Source of the DNA: Fimbriosthenelais zetlandica
Taxonomy: Eukaryota
Assembly (NCBI GenBank): GCA_977030845.1
Contig: OZ365115.1
Span: 28,210,001-28,274,000, forward strand
Length of the DNA: 64,000 bases
Reading direction: 5' to 3'
Numbering within the stretch: the stretch's first letter is position 1; the number at the start of each line of letters is the position of its first letter. The notes under the pieces are model-generated. The model was not told the origin of the DNA, ran no database searches, and saw only the letters and a list, made by a program, of their open reading frames with translations. Positions 11,208 to 24,800 of the stretch are shown one piece after another. The position numbers and the translations under genes were made by a program.

Positions 11208-13203
11208 TTAGGCCTTGGACACATTTGATGAGTCTTTGTTCCGGGTTACTGTGTACCAAACAAAGACTGTGAAGATGATTATAAAAATGACTGCCACAAT
11301 GACTCCAGCAATGAGGCCTGGTGTTCCGCCAGTTGGACCATCTGAAAAATTCATGTATTTCTTTTGTTAGCTTTTTCATTCATACATATTGTTTCGAACC
11401 AGCTTGAAAAATTAATGAATCCTGAGTACAACATTACCATTAAATCACGTCAAATATCATTATACCCATTTATGCTGTCACCATTCGGAAAATCGATATA
11501 TAAAATATAATAAAAAAATCAACATACATATATCACAAATAATGTACTGCTTAAAGGGGATCAGACTTTCTCTCGTAGCTTTGATGTACCATTGATGTCC
11601 TTCGGATCCACATGATACCGATACAATTTGTTCCACACATCTCATGTAGTTCTTCAGCGAACTACAGTGAATAAAGAATACTATTCTTAGGCATGCAAAT
11701 CTATGGGAATAGGTGGCCTCCTATCATGCATATATACCCATGCAATGTCAGATCACTTGAAGAATAGAAGATGATTCAAAAATATTAAATCACAAGATAT
11801 TTTTCTACTTTTGAATTGATTGTGATTTAACATCGCGCCCAGCTTGTTTTAAAGATAATGGTATATTGTTATACTTATAATTTACTGACATGCATTCTTG
11901 AAGTTCAGGATCCGGCCAGGGTTTGGTGTTGTATAATTCCTTAGGAGGGTCAGCCACAAGAATAATTGAATTACTGTACTCTAGGGAACGCTCACATGCA
12001 AGGGTCTCGGTTTCATATTGAATACATGGTAGGTGCTTACCTAAAATACAAATTAAAAGTTGTTTATCTTGGCTATATGGCAAGCTGTATGCTGTTCTCG
12101 AATGGAATTAAGGATTGGTTCTATCATATGGCTTGCAGCGCCAGGCGTGAGAGACATGATAGCTGGCCTTTGATATCCGAGTTAACAGCTGCACGACATG
12201 TGTGGATAAGGAAAAATAGGAGATTGCTTGTGAAATTGAACCCGGGGCCTCCTGAGCGACTATTAGTGATTTTGTTTTAAACAACAATGAAAAACAATCC
12301 TGAGCGACTATTAGTGATTTTGTTTTAAACAACAATGAAAAACAATCCTGAGCGACTATTAGTGATTTTGTTTTAAACAACAATGAAAAACAAACTGACT
12401 TGCAGAATCTCTGGTCTCACAAATCCATTCCATTTGTGCTCTGATGGCCTGAGCCGCATGCACAGAACGACATGTATCGACGAATTTGTCCAAACATGAG
12501 ACGAACTTTGGATAAGCCAAACTGAAAAGACAAATCAAAACAAATAATACATAATAGCAGATTTTGTAATATATGCCATACAACTTCATGGTCAAGACAA
12601 CATTGTACACGAATTCTATACAAACGATTAGTATTATATATTTTATACTGTATTAAGGGAAATTGTACAAGGTACTTACTCGCACATTTCACCCACCAAT
12701 TCTGAGGTGATATTATAATCAGGTAAAATAATGTGGGTTTTGTTTCTCAATTGTTGCATAGTAACATTGACATCTGTCATATTGACGTCTGCCATATCGT
12801 CGCCTGACATGCTGATATTTCCCATGTTGGCAGTTATAACCGTCACATTTTCCACCACTGTTATTGGCTCTGGATAGTGTAGCCTAACATGGTGACCATG
12901 CAGATATAGAAATTTCTTTAGATCCTGCATGCATCCATCTACCTCTTCATGTCCACACTTTTGGTCTTTCTCAGAAAGGCAGAAGCCCATCAGCATTCCT
13001 GAAACAGAGATGCAGGAAAGTTCAAAATATCATAGACATGACTCCAGGAATCTTTCAATACGAATATTAGCCATATATAGACTTCGCATTGTTAATTTTC
13101 TTTTGAAATACGCCCCAGATCGAAAAGTCTAATAACATACCTTTAGACTATTATAATACTTACCCATTGCTAAGAATATCCGTAAAGTTGACTTTGATAT
13201 CAT
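11208..13203 (-). CDS. Cys-rich type I single-pass membrane protein of unknown function, ~299 aa, 6 coding exons
   Basis: Exons 13203-13164, 12998-12680, 12521-12400, 12040-11890, 11661-11528, 11341-11208 (900 nt, phase-consistent). Signal peptide MISKSTLRIFLAMGMLMGFCLS; helical Cys-spaced repeats (MCDLAYPKFVSCLDKFVDTC; ECISLKNYMRCVEQIVSVSC); N-glycosylation sequons; C-terminal TM LIAGVIVAVIFIIIFTVFVWY; short tail. The Cys spacing resembles DUF19-like invertebrate domains (not verified). Confidence 0.8.
12251..12393 (+). repeat. 48-bp tandem repeat x3 (intronic)
   Basis: Unit CCTGAGCGACTATTAGTGATTTTGTTTTAAACAACAATGAAAAACAAT in head-to-tail identical copies at 12251, 12299 and 12347, with no spacers. 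Confidence 0.95.
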
Positions 13204-14752
13204 TGTTCTGAAATATAATACAAAGTTCAACATTTTCAATGTTTTAGTTAACTGCCTATGGAAATGCATATTTTTGACATTGTTTTCTTCACAAAAGCAA
13301 GATGAATATTTATGTCTTCAAGAATTTTAATCATAATACATTGAATGTTGTGCATAGTTTCTTTGAAGAAGGGAACAGGCGCTCCAAGTATAACTGTTAA
13401 TTTGTGTTGTCATAACAAGATAATACTGTTCCCATAGCACCGTTTGTTGTGGCATCATTTTTATTTAATTCATATTTCTAGGAAACAAAAGGTCATATTA
13501 TAAACTTGTAGGCCTATACAGATAATTATCACTAACTTATATAACAGCTAGCAACCACCTGAGCATCATACTATATTACAGGCTTTTCTGACCTGTGTGA
13601 AAACTAAGGTCAACTCTTTGTGTATACTGCATCGTAATATTAATGGGGTGAAATGTTACCAAAATGTTATCAAATAATGTGCACTTGTTTCTAGTATATA
13701 AAGTTCAATAAATTAAAAGTAAAACAGACAAGAGGGACGTTATGACAGGCATATTATATACATGTTTAGGACCGACATTTGATTCAATTATATTTTTATT
13801 CAAAGGTATGTCAGATCAAAACATGACTAAACCAGGAATCCATTTTGAAACGGATGTACAGGTCTATACATACCTTGGACTCTGTGCCAATTAAATGTTA
13901 TGACTGTATTATAGGCCTAGGTTTTAACTTCAAAAAATATATATTTTCAATGTAAAATGGGACATTTTCGAACAAAAGAATATCATAAAATTATACAGAG
14001 TAGGCATACATAGCTATATAGGCCTCTATGCATACAATCCTGAAGTAGGCTATATAAAATGTGTGTAACATATATCTTCATTCCTGTTTGCCCCACTTGC
14101 AGGTGAACAATTTCTTCAAATTCAAGAACGATGGAGGGGGAGCTACATGTACATATCAATATATAAATATTGTCCGCCTATTTATTATTGTTGTACTAGC
14201 GCATTTTAGGAAAGGTTATCAACTAGATTATATAATAATCTTACCTTTATGTTGTAGATGTAGGTCCTTTATATATAGTCAATGGAGGATCCAGTGAACA
14301 GCGAGTGTGAAATCCTGGGTCAATTCACTGCTTCACTCACCTTGTCCTATTTGTTGTAATCTGCAGGGGTACATAATATTATGCCCTCCTCATTTTCCAA
14401 GGGAAAGGGGTCATAATATATTATAAATTCGCTCAAAATATAGGCTGTATATAATGGATGCTGTAATCATTTCTCACAAAAAAATATCGGAGACGTCTAT
14501 AGGTAATTCTTAAAGACCTCAATGCTCAATAATGCTCAATATAATTATGGCTAATAATAATATATATATATACGTTTTGAAATAGGCTCCCTGCAGGTTG
14601 GTGGCAATGAAATCATTGGGTACATTAGAATCTAGCCTCCATACATGGATTGTAATTCCCACATTGTAAAAATGTATTATTTTTTAATCTGCGACAAAAA
14701 TTATAAGTTTAAATGTATACATCCCCTAGTCAGCGAGAGGGGGATGGAAGAG

Positions 14753-14756
<4 letters not shown>

Positions 14757-14805
<49 letters not shown>

Positions 14806-14812
14806 GGGTGGG
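14757..14812. repeat. (GA)n microsatellite followed by a poly-G run
   Basis: About 19 GA units then a long G run, in the divergent intergenic region between the membrane-protein gene and the CHST-like gene. Confidence 0.95.
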
Positions 14813-15194
14813 GTCGAAAAAGGAAAAACGGCAGCAATATAACTTTCCCTTACAATTTGAACACAGCACATAGGGGGTATTTAAATGGTCTCTCCATGGA
14901 TAATTCTGTAATTTCTCTACAAACGATTACCTAACACAAGTCAAAGGATGGCTTTATCTGATCCCACAATACTGTCACTGTTTGGGAGTACAGCTTAAGT
15001 ACAATAGAATGAATGGAAATAAAGCTGACCTGACCCACATAGCAAATCAGCCATGTCACTGGGTTAAATACATACATAAGCCGAATATGTATACACCCCC
15101 CTCGTGGGTAAAAGCCAATACTATCCAAGTTCTATCACACACTACTACATCAAGAGGAAACTGTATCAAGGTTGGTAAACAACACATAGTTAAG

Positions 15195-17186
15195 ATGGAC
15201 TGTCGGAGGTAAGTATTCTATCGATCTCTATCGATCTAAGATATATTTGACCATTTAACTTGCTATTTCACTATTTATTTTAAATTTAGCACCAAGACAA
15301 ATCGGTTTAATGAGCAACCGAGTTCATTTCTGCTGGGTTGCTCGAGGTCAGGTTTTAAGTGTTTTATTTTAGATTTTAATATTTGGAATGTTTCTGGGAT
15401 TTATAATTTAGACCCTTATAAAACCGAGATGAGATATTTCATACATTTTATAGTGTAATTTTCGTTAGTTATCTACCCTTTTCAAAACTGAACTCCTCCT
15501 AGGAAAGCATAAATTAATATATTATTAATGTTATATATCCTAGAACATTGTATGTGGAGTTTGCACATTATACATGTATAATCAATGTATGCATAGCCGA
15601 TATGTAAATAACCTAGTACTGTTAAAATAAACTCACTGAGCTGACCATTTTTTAGACCTGTTTAAGCCTGACGATAGACAACTGATTGATCTCCAGTTAA
15701 CTGTATTTCCCCCTAGACAGTATGATATTCACTTATATGAGACCCTATAATATATACCTATTATAACTTATTGATTTGTTTTTACCCTTGCAGAAGAAAA
15801 GCTCGGATCAAAATGAATATTTCAAACATGAGGTAAGTCCCCATGAATAATACAAAATGCTAATGGCTAAAATTGTAACTCAAACTTGAAACACTAGATG
15901 GCACAGATATCCTAAATTAGTTTACTGAATGTGGATTGCTGTCAAAACACAACATTTTGATATTTTAGTATAATGTAGTTAGTAATAAAACCATTTTGTT
16001 TTTCAGGTTTGGGAAATTCATCACCTATTTCATCTCCTGTACAATCCTTGTTTCACTAGTATACGGTACGTATATTATACATATATTATAAAAACTATAT
16101 TGCATGCATATAATAATCTACGTGTCTATTTCTTAAGATCGTTTCCAGTTCACCATCATTTACTGGTACTTTATGTTCCAGGTTTTCCTTCATTGGGGAT
16201 AATCTCCAATGTGTCCGACTTTATGAAGGAGGAAACCATACAACAATCTAGATTTAGGATTTTGAAATCCTACTGTGACTTTATGAAACTGGATAACTTG
16301 TACCCGTCCATGTCGAAAAATGTCCTCGTCAGTCACAAACACAGATCCCTCTATTGTTTCGTCCCTGGGACAAGAAGCACCTTCTGGAAACAGACGTTTA
16401 TTGAATCATCCGCCAGGGGTCACGAATTCAACGGAGAACAGAGTGATGTCCATGACCATCAAGTTCTCGTCAGGTATTTAATTTTATTAAAGCAGGGTCA
16501 ATATTTATAATTCAATATTTTTCAGTCCCAACTCTAGGCTTTGCAGAAAGCAATAATTTCATGAGATTTACTCTTTTGTTTCCAGCTATGGTATACGGCT
16601 ATTGAATGAGCTCTCACCCCAGCAACAAGAATACATTGAGGATGAATACTACAAATTCCTCTTCCTTCGACACCCCCTGACACGTCTAGCGACTACGTTT
16701 TCTCATATTAACAATAATAAGGACAAAAACATACAAATACTCAAGGAAATTATTCTTCGTTTCAATACGGGTGTCCAAGATCCACAAATAGATCCAAAAA
16801 AGTTTCGAATATCTCCGGCAATTGCAGAGAAATCAGTCACTTTTGAGCAGTTTGCCAATTTCATTACGGGATATAAGGGTAAAAGAATATCACTAGAGGT
16901 CGCCAGTCATTGGGCACCGTATTATAAATTATGCAACCCATGCTCCATCAACTATGATTACATCGGACTCCTAGGGGATAACACTGATGATGTTAAGCAT
17001 TTAATCGAAACGGTCTTCAATGACACCGAAGTCGATGTTAACAAGTTTCCAAATAAGGAAACGGAAATAGCAGACGCAAAATGGTTAATCTTAGGACTGA
17101 GAGAGAAAACTAGGCAGAAATTGTTTCAAATGTTCGATATGGATATGAAAATGTTTGGGTATAGTTTGTCGGATGTATTGGCCTAG
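15195..17186 (+). CDS. Carbohydrate sulfotransferase-like protein (Sulfotransfer_2, CHST8-14/HNK-1ST family), ~334 aa, 5 coding exons
   Basis: Exons 15195-15208, 15794-15832, 16007-16065, 16182-16473, 16586-17186 (1005 nt). Type II membrane topology (basic N-tail, TM FITYFISCTILVSLVYGF). Family motifs HRSLYCFVP..STFWKQ, YYKFLFLRHPLTRL, HWAPYYKLCNPCSINYDYIG, FDMDMKMFGY. Confidence 0.85.
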
Positions 17187-18354
17187 GGTTATCTTTTTGT
17201 CACCCTAATTATAGAGTATAGCTATGCTAGCTATATATATATATATATTGTGGAATAATGTACTCTGAAATAAAACATGATAAAATACTGAAACAATCAC
17301 AAGTATCTGATTAGATATATTTTATTATTCACCGACTGGATGTCTGTTAAAATTAGAGTTCACGTACATTATACTGTATTATGAATATGCAACGTATTAT
17401 GCATAATACGCTTCATATTCGTATTATTATGCTCCACAAGTTTGGGTACGAATACATCTAACAATCATACAACATCACATTATACGACTAGTTTAAATGC
17501 CATGTCTCAAGAGATAAAAACACATGATATTAATTCTAAGAACACTTAAACGTTCAGTATAAAACTACAAATATATATTTGGATAATATCCAATTGTATA
17601 TAATAATCTCATCACTAACTAAAGTTGGATATTGCATTTCTTTTCTTTAAAATAATGGAATTCAGAAATGAACATTGAGCATGGGGACACATATATAGAG
17701 CCAGTCCAATACACCCCCCATTTTGACTGCGTCCAACATAAGGTTACCTTTCCTCATATTATATAGCATCCATAACTCTAACAAGTTAAAACAAATTGCA
17801 GGAAATAATCTATTAATATGACGTAATTCCTCAACAACTCATGACTTTGATATTTCTATTTTGTGATCCATTTTGAATCACCTAACTCTGAAGTTCTGTG
17901 TAGGCAAGATAATGGCTTATAAGTAATAATACCCTGTATCACAACCTTTTATCACTGTCCTTTATATCTACTGATTATCACAACTCAAAGGGCGTTTGAC
18001 CAAGGTATAGGCTGATGCATCAAACCATGAATTGGCACCAAAATCTCCGAGGTTTCCTCCCCTTTCAGGACCCATACTTTTCCATTCATTTCATCAATGA
18101 TAACACCCATGCCATGAATGGTACCTTACAATAGGAGATCTTGTAGAAAACGAACAAGGTATCTGGAATTTCAATAAGACCCCTCAGGATATTAAGAAAA
18201 AACTCTGGGACCCAATTCATCAAATAATCAATATGATAATCTATAAAGCATGAGACAGCTCATTACTTAGCTGAAGAAAATGCATAGCGTCTGGACAAGT
18301 CAAGTCTTTATCTAACAATCCTGGGGTGTGCCAAGTCCCTACAGTTTAAGGAGA

Positions 18355-21300
18355 TCATGGAGAGGATGGCCTCCTAGCGGGAGGACTTCCACCCCCATAA
18401 TATGATGCATCATGAGCCGGTCGCGGTCCCCCAGGCTGACGGGGACGCTCTCCTTCAGGGAGGAGTCTCACCACAGGGGGTCTTTCCAATGGTGATCTAG
18501 ACTCACCCTCCTCAAAGTCAGAACTACTTTCAGCAGAGTCCAATGTACCGGGGGCTCTAGGTTCAATATAACCAATGGGAGGACCCGGGAAGCCATTGTT
18601 TGAAGGGAGATTTCTATTGCGAGGCGGTGGTTGCAGAGTTGGTTTCGATGAAGTCTCTGACTCGTCTTTAGTGTCATTTGTCATTGTTTGGGTGGTTGTA
18701 TCTACTGAATGGTTTTTAGTTTCATCAAGATCAGTGCTTTTTGATGTGACTGTTTGAAATTGCCCAGATTTTGTTTCGGGTGTTGTCACTTTGGCTGGGT
18801 CTGTGGTAGACGTCGGTTGACTGTGGGAACCTGGTGCTTTGGGCTGAGTGAAGCCACTCGGTGGACGTGCCCTACCGTTGGTGGGAGGTCTGGGTTGCCC
18901 CACTGGTGGACGGATTCCTGGACGCCTGTTTGTTATTGGAGGACCAGGTGGGTCAGTCCTCATCATGTGCAATGTTGTCTCATTCAAAGAAACCTCCACT
19001 GACGTTAATTCTACTGGGTCAGCTGTTGTGGTTCTGTAGTTCTGTCCAACAGTTGTCTCAAATACAACCTCAGATTCAGACTTTGGTTTTGATGCTTTTT
19101 TGGTCGTTGGTTCGGTTTTAAGTGATGACCCAGTTGTTGTCTTCACTGAGGTTTCTGCTGGGGATTTGGTCGGTACTGTTCTGCTAGTTGAAGGCAATGG
19201 TTGTTCTGTTGGTGGCAATCTTTTCCCAATACTCGAAGGAGGGTTTGGCTCAATGTGCCTAATTGGAGGAGCCACTTCGCCATTATTGAATGGACTAGGA
19301 CCACTCGCTGATGGACCAGAAGCACCGGACTTGATTGGAGGACCAACTGGTGCTCTTAGTGACTTGCCTTGATCAGGACGGCTTGAAGGTCTTCCTGCAT
19401 GGTATATTTTGTCATCTAAATGTATTGGCTCTCGTTCACTGCTGGGTGGACTGGAACGATGCATTGGACTAGAAGGAGGTGCAGCAGCAGCTACTGCTTC
19501 TTTAGTTTCAAATGTTCCTTGAGGTGACATATTAGCTGAACCAGGTCTGTTTGGTGCGGGAGGCGGTGGTTTTGGTCCACCTGGGCCTGGGGGTTTCACC
19601 GATCCAGGTTGGCAACCGATTCGCAGAATCCTTGCAGAACCTTGTTTCTGATTACAGTCTAGCCCAGCATTGGTCGATCTTTGGATGTTGACATTGTTTC
19701 TTCTCACATCTCCCCTGATTGGTGGGTATCTTCCAGGTGCCTGATTTGGCCTACTTGGCATACAAGTGTTATCGCCAAATTGGTTGGGTACTGAACAATC
19801 TTTTGGTGTTTTGAGTGCAGGTTCTTCGATGCAGAAATCAGTGTATTTGGGACCATGGCAGTTGTATTGAAAGTGGCAGTCTGTTTCGGTTACAGCATGC
19901 CTTGAGAAAACATGTGGTCTGTTTGACGATGTTTCTGGAGGTGGACTTCTACTGTTTGTTGGTGGGATAGTAGGCCTACTCAACAATCTTCTCATATATT
20001 CACTTCCACAGATGCATATACTTCCCTGTTGAACGTCCATACCTAAAAGAATAATATAGGGTTTTGCTTTATTTCGGTGTAAATTCACGGCACCTAATAC
20101 TTTTAGCATATAATTCTCTAATGGCCATAAACACATCAATGGGCTTTGGCACTTTGCGAAAAAATGCGGAGAACAGAAATTAGTTAAGACATAATCATCA
20201 CATTGTCACTTTATGGGAATCATCTTTTTTTCTTTTACAGCAGAACAAAGAACTACATCTGACTAATTCATGAATCATACCTTCACAGTTATGATTGAGG
20301 CCTGTTTCACGGTTGATCTGGTCTAAGTTGCCGTATATTTCACCGCGGTAACAGCCCAGTGTGTATGGAAACTGTTCAGTGATGTAATAGCGATAAGATC
20401 CAAAAGCCGTAGTTCCATGGCAAGTGTCCAACAGCTGTGTGAACCAGGGCCACTATAATGAAATTCAAGATCACAATAATTTAACAAGTATCGCAGTAAA
20501 ATATATTTATTTTGTGAGTTAAAATATGGGTTAAATGCGATGTTACAGTATCGCAGTTTTATGAATGCCACTATAGCATGTCATGTATTATTGTGTAGTA
20601 ATACGCGCAATAAATATAGTGAAATTATAGAACAATAGTAAGTGCACATTGTGCAAGCAGGTGTTCCATCAACTTACATTGAAGTAGGTAGTGTTGAGGA
20701 AGTAGATAGGGAAGCCGTCTAATGCCACACCGATGAGCACTGAGAAGTCATCATGCAATAAATCTCCATGGAAACCCGACCAATTTGGGAAGAGGCATTC
20801 TAATGCCGGAAGCTCCTTATAATGGTACCTCCCCTCACTATCTACTTTACCATGGCAACCGTCAAATACCTCAGCATGAAGTCCCTGTACAAACAAGCAA
20901 TGAGTGAGTAAATTTCATGGGTTGCAGAAAGTTTCGCTTACCGGCGAGTTTCGGCAAGGGTACACTCTTTGTGTAATTGCGTTGTACACGCAATGACTTT
21001 AGCAAACCAATGCAAGCTTGGACAATGCAATAACAAGCAATTGTCAATATTTTTTGAAAAAAAGCATTGAACAATGCAACCAATCGACGAGGGTAGAAAT
21101 AAATGAATCCCATAATATTTTTTCAATAAATCAATCATACCTGGACCGCATTTTGGAGTTCCGAAGTAAGAGAACTGTAAAAGGGCACACCATTAATTGC
21201 AAAACCAATGACGCCCTCAGGTAAGCAAGTAGGATCTGGCATGGCGTAAGGAGTCTCTGGGACATGATTTATATATTCTTGCCTCAGTAACGGCTTATTG

Positions 21301-21887
21301 GACATCTAGAATAAAAATACAGCTTATTAATAATGGTTTTGATATGACAACTCAGCTTGGTAACTGGTACAACTCTATTATAAGGTCCGGCCCGGTCATT
21401 TACAGAAGTTACTATGGGCCTGTTACACTACATAGGGACTATTTTTTTTAAACTACGTAAAATTTTGCTTCTGATTTCCGGAATAGACATGGGGCCCATT
21501 TGAAACAGGCCCATGGGTGAGGACACAACTAAATTAATGATCTCTATGTATACTCTTGTCGGGTGAAATATTGCTCATTTCTATTTCGTGATTAACAATT
21601 TGCACAAAAGACATTAAGGAAAAGCCACAGTAGTTCTAACCATCGTGATTTCAACTCATTACACTTACTTTATAAGAAGGGTGATTCGGTACGCCTGTGG
21701 AGTGCAATTTTAAGAATCCAGTATGGTTCTTAGGGACGGTGATGGACAAGCCAGGACAGTTGCCCCCTCCTCTGTGAAGTGCAGTATAATTGCTAATGAT
21801 TGACAACTCCTCAGTAGTTAACCCAGTTACTATGGCAACCAGTTGAATAACAAGCAGGTAAACCAGGTAAAAACGTGCAGTCCACAT
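18355..21887 (-). CDS. Secreted YHYH-domain protein with long Pro/Ser/Thr-rich low-complexity tail, ~816 aa, 5 coding exons
   Basis: Exons 21887-21669, 21305-21141, 20884-20678, 20452-20281, 20042-18355 (2451 nt, phase-consistent). Signal peptide MWTARFYLVYLLVIQLVAIVTG. YHYH-family motifs STGVPNH, CLPEGVIGFAINGVPFY, DGCHGK..GRYHY, IGVALDGFPIY, DTCHG..YRYYITEQFPYTLGCYRG. The last exon encodes a short Cys-containing linker then a P/S/T-rich region. Confidence 0.85.
21414..21514. mobile_element. Small MITE-like element with 11-bp inverted ends
   Basis: ATGGGCCTGTT ... AACAGGCCCAT in intron 1 of the YHYH gene. Similar GGGCC(T/C)(G/A)TTTCAAA ends occur near 6646 and 62194. Confidence 0.4.
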
Positions 21888-24800
21888 CCTGTTTCTTTTG
21901 TGTGTAGTTTTCTTTGGTAATTACTGGTTTAACTGAAAAAGACAAAAATATAAATTGTCTACATGTACATCAAAATTATTCAAGAAACCATCTGTTCCAA
22001 TGAGTGAATCTATACTCACTTCGGTATCATAACTATTATCCCAATATTAATATCCTATACAATGGATGTATTTTGTATTTTACAGAAAAGACACTAAGAA
22101 GAATGTATCAAGAAAACTGTACATTATAATAGATTAGTCAAATAATTTTCAAGTTGGAAGTCACCAAAAATAGTATTTCATGGTATTGAAGATAGAAAAG
22201 AAGCTTATGATAACTATCGGCTTATAGGTATATTCTCAGACGTGACATTTAAACCTTCTTATTTGTAAAGTATTTATAGGTATACATCCCAAAAGTAACT
22301 TTTGTTAGTACACGAAAAGCATCAAGGTATACTTAAATAGCTTTACACTTTGTTAGCCAATGTTGTAATATCAATTATTTACGCACTTATAAGCACATAG
22401 CAAGTGAAGAGAAGAAAATTACTAGGCCGACACAGTGCACCCAAACTGCACTGGCTGCATCCTACATTATTTCTCCATAGATCTTGCCAACAAACTGATG
22501 TACCAAAAGAAATTGTTATGCACCCAATTATATGATGCAGGTGTTAAAAGGTTGTCCACTTCAAAATGATTGTTCCTTGTATAATCAAGGAATTAAATAT
22601 TCCCCAATTTACCATAATCCATGATAGCCAATGAATACATCTAAATTACCTTAATTCTCATATTGTTTCAAAAGTTATTCCTAACTTTCCCATTTCAGCG
22701 GTTAAATACACATAATTTAAAGGGGAAGAAAACACTAGTATTATTATTCTACATGATACTAGTGTCAGTTACAAACAGGTCCCCACTTCAGATGAATACA
22801 AAAATAATGTTAACTTCAAGGAATTATCTTTCAATATATTATTATCATCCTCCAAATATATTTCACCTGGAAAACTTCTCAGTGGGTCATGCATGGTAAA
22901 ACAAGTGTTTACTTGAAACCATTTCAACTTAAACACACCTTCGCTTTGTAATGCACTTTTGATGTTGAAAGTCAAAAACTTGAAAGTGAAAAAGTCAAAT
23001 ACTATACTATTTGCTTCTTATCAAGACAGGTCTTGAGAGAAATATCTCTTCTCATACATAAAATCAACATTGTCTAGCTTTTTCGTCGTAGGATCCCTGC
23101 ATCAAGTAACATCTTGGCTCCCTGTATTATTCATCTACCGTATTGCCGGGGAAGAACATATTAATTAAAATTGATTAATGCCCAGCTTTAGAAATTCTCC
23201 ACCATTCACATAACTTCCAACACCTCTAATCATCACCAAGACGGAAAGTATAAACTAATCTTCCCATTCCTTCTGCCATTTACTATCATGATCAGCAACT
23301 AATTATTGGTAAAAATATCGATTATATGAAAATACCAAGTCCCCACTTCAAAATAATATCGATTACAGTTAAGAATGTATAATAGTGTATGTGAACTAAT
23401 GAATAGTTATGGACCCACCTTGAAAGTATTGCGACTACTGCTTGACTATAGTCCAGCCACATTGTGTTGTGAGGGAGTCAGAGCTGTATATATCTGGTGA
23501 TTTATATATACATAGGAAGGGTGTAAGGGGGTGGGAGGGGTATATAGAGGCGGACTACAAGGGGTCATCAAGGTGCCATCTTTATCACTTAAGGCCCTCT
23601 ATAATTACACGGTAGAAAAGGATATCACCCACTAACCTATAAAAGACTTCCTCTGCCTTCATTATAAAGGAATGTATTAAGTCTGCAACTATAGTTATTA
23701 ATAATATATTATATAATATTATTCATATATCTGTATTCTGACATTTTACACATTATATAATATTATTATATAGTAAAGGAATAACACGTGGGTCATGTAA
23801 TAGGGGGTCATGTAATAATCATCATGATGCACCTGTTGTGCACCATTATTGACAACGCTTGTTCCAAAATACTGCACATTAATTCTACCAGATTTTATGC
23901 CTTTCAAAATGTTTCAATTTTTTGGTGCAGCCTTTTCTGTGGGAGATGCAGCAGTAGGCTATTGTCGATTAGATCCACCAAGGTTCTTTTGCGAGAGTTG
24001 CGATTTTATTACTACTACAATAAAAAATAGAGCACAATGTAGGCACCCACTCAACCCCCTCCCAATGTCAATTTTAACCCCTAGGACTATTCACCCCCAC
24101 CATAATCTACCCCCACCCTTCTAGCTAGGATGGTCCCTCGAAAGAGGATTCTGCTTCTTGCAGGACCTGGCATGATCGTCGCTGAGGAATGCGAGAATTT
24201 GGAAAGAGCAACCCATACAGTAGTAAATGTTTTTGGATGATCTAATTTTCCAGGAACTTAAATTGTGACCAGAAGATTGGAATTTGTGGTTCATGATGTA
24301 ATAATTTCAATGAGTAAATGTTGACTAACACATCCTAGTAGAGATAGCCGTACCATTGGTGCTGTCTACACATTAAGTTCTGGTAATTCCTAACTTCTGT
24401 AATTTGGCGAAAAAACTTTTCCACATAAGGCCCAAGAAGCAATGCTTCTACAACCTAATGGTATGATCTATATAATATTGTATAGTCCATAGGAAAAAGG
24501 TTTTTTTTCCTAACTTCTAACTGGAAATATAGTGTATTTTTAGCCGCTGTTGATTATAATAATTATGCACTGTATGACTACACCTGTATCCTGTCCCAAT
24601 GATTAAGATAATTAATCTTCTATTCAATTGACTGCATGTCATTTGATTTGATAAAATAAAATACTAGACTTTTTCTTAATTTAGCACTTTTGATTTAATT
24701 ATAGGCGACCATGCATGTATGCACCCACTGTTCTGCCCATTTAAAAAAAATATGACTTGTTACGTTTGTCCTGAAGGAAGCTCATCCCCCAACACATAAA

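Noticed and set aside
12251-12393. CRISPR-like appearance of the 48-bp direct repeats, and ORF 12108..12383
   Set aside because: The repeats are contiguous with no spacers, lie in a eukaryotic intron, and have no cas genes nearby. The ORF is only the repeat read in frame.
14645-14934. ORFs encoding (ER)n/poly-G peptides
   Set aside because: Artefacts of the (GA)n and poly-G microsatellite.
18468-19372. Several overlapping and antisense ORFs inside the long YHYH exon
   Set aside because: These are shadow ORFs of a GC-richer, low-complexity coding exon, with no motifs or splice support.
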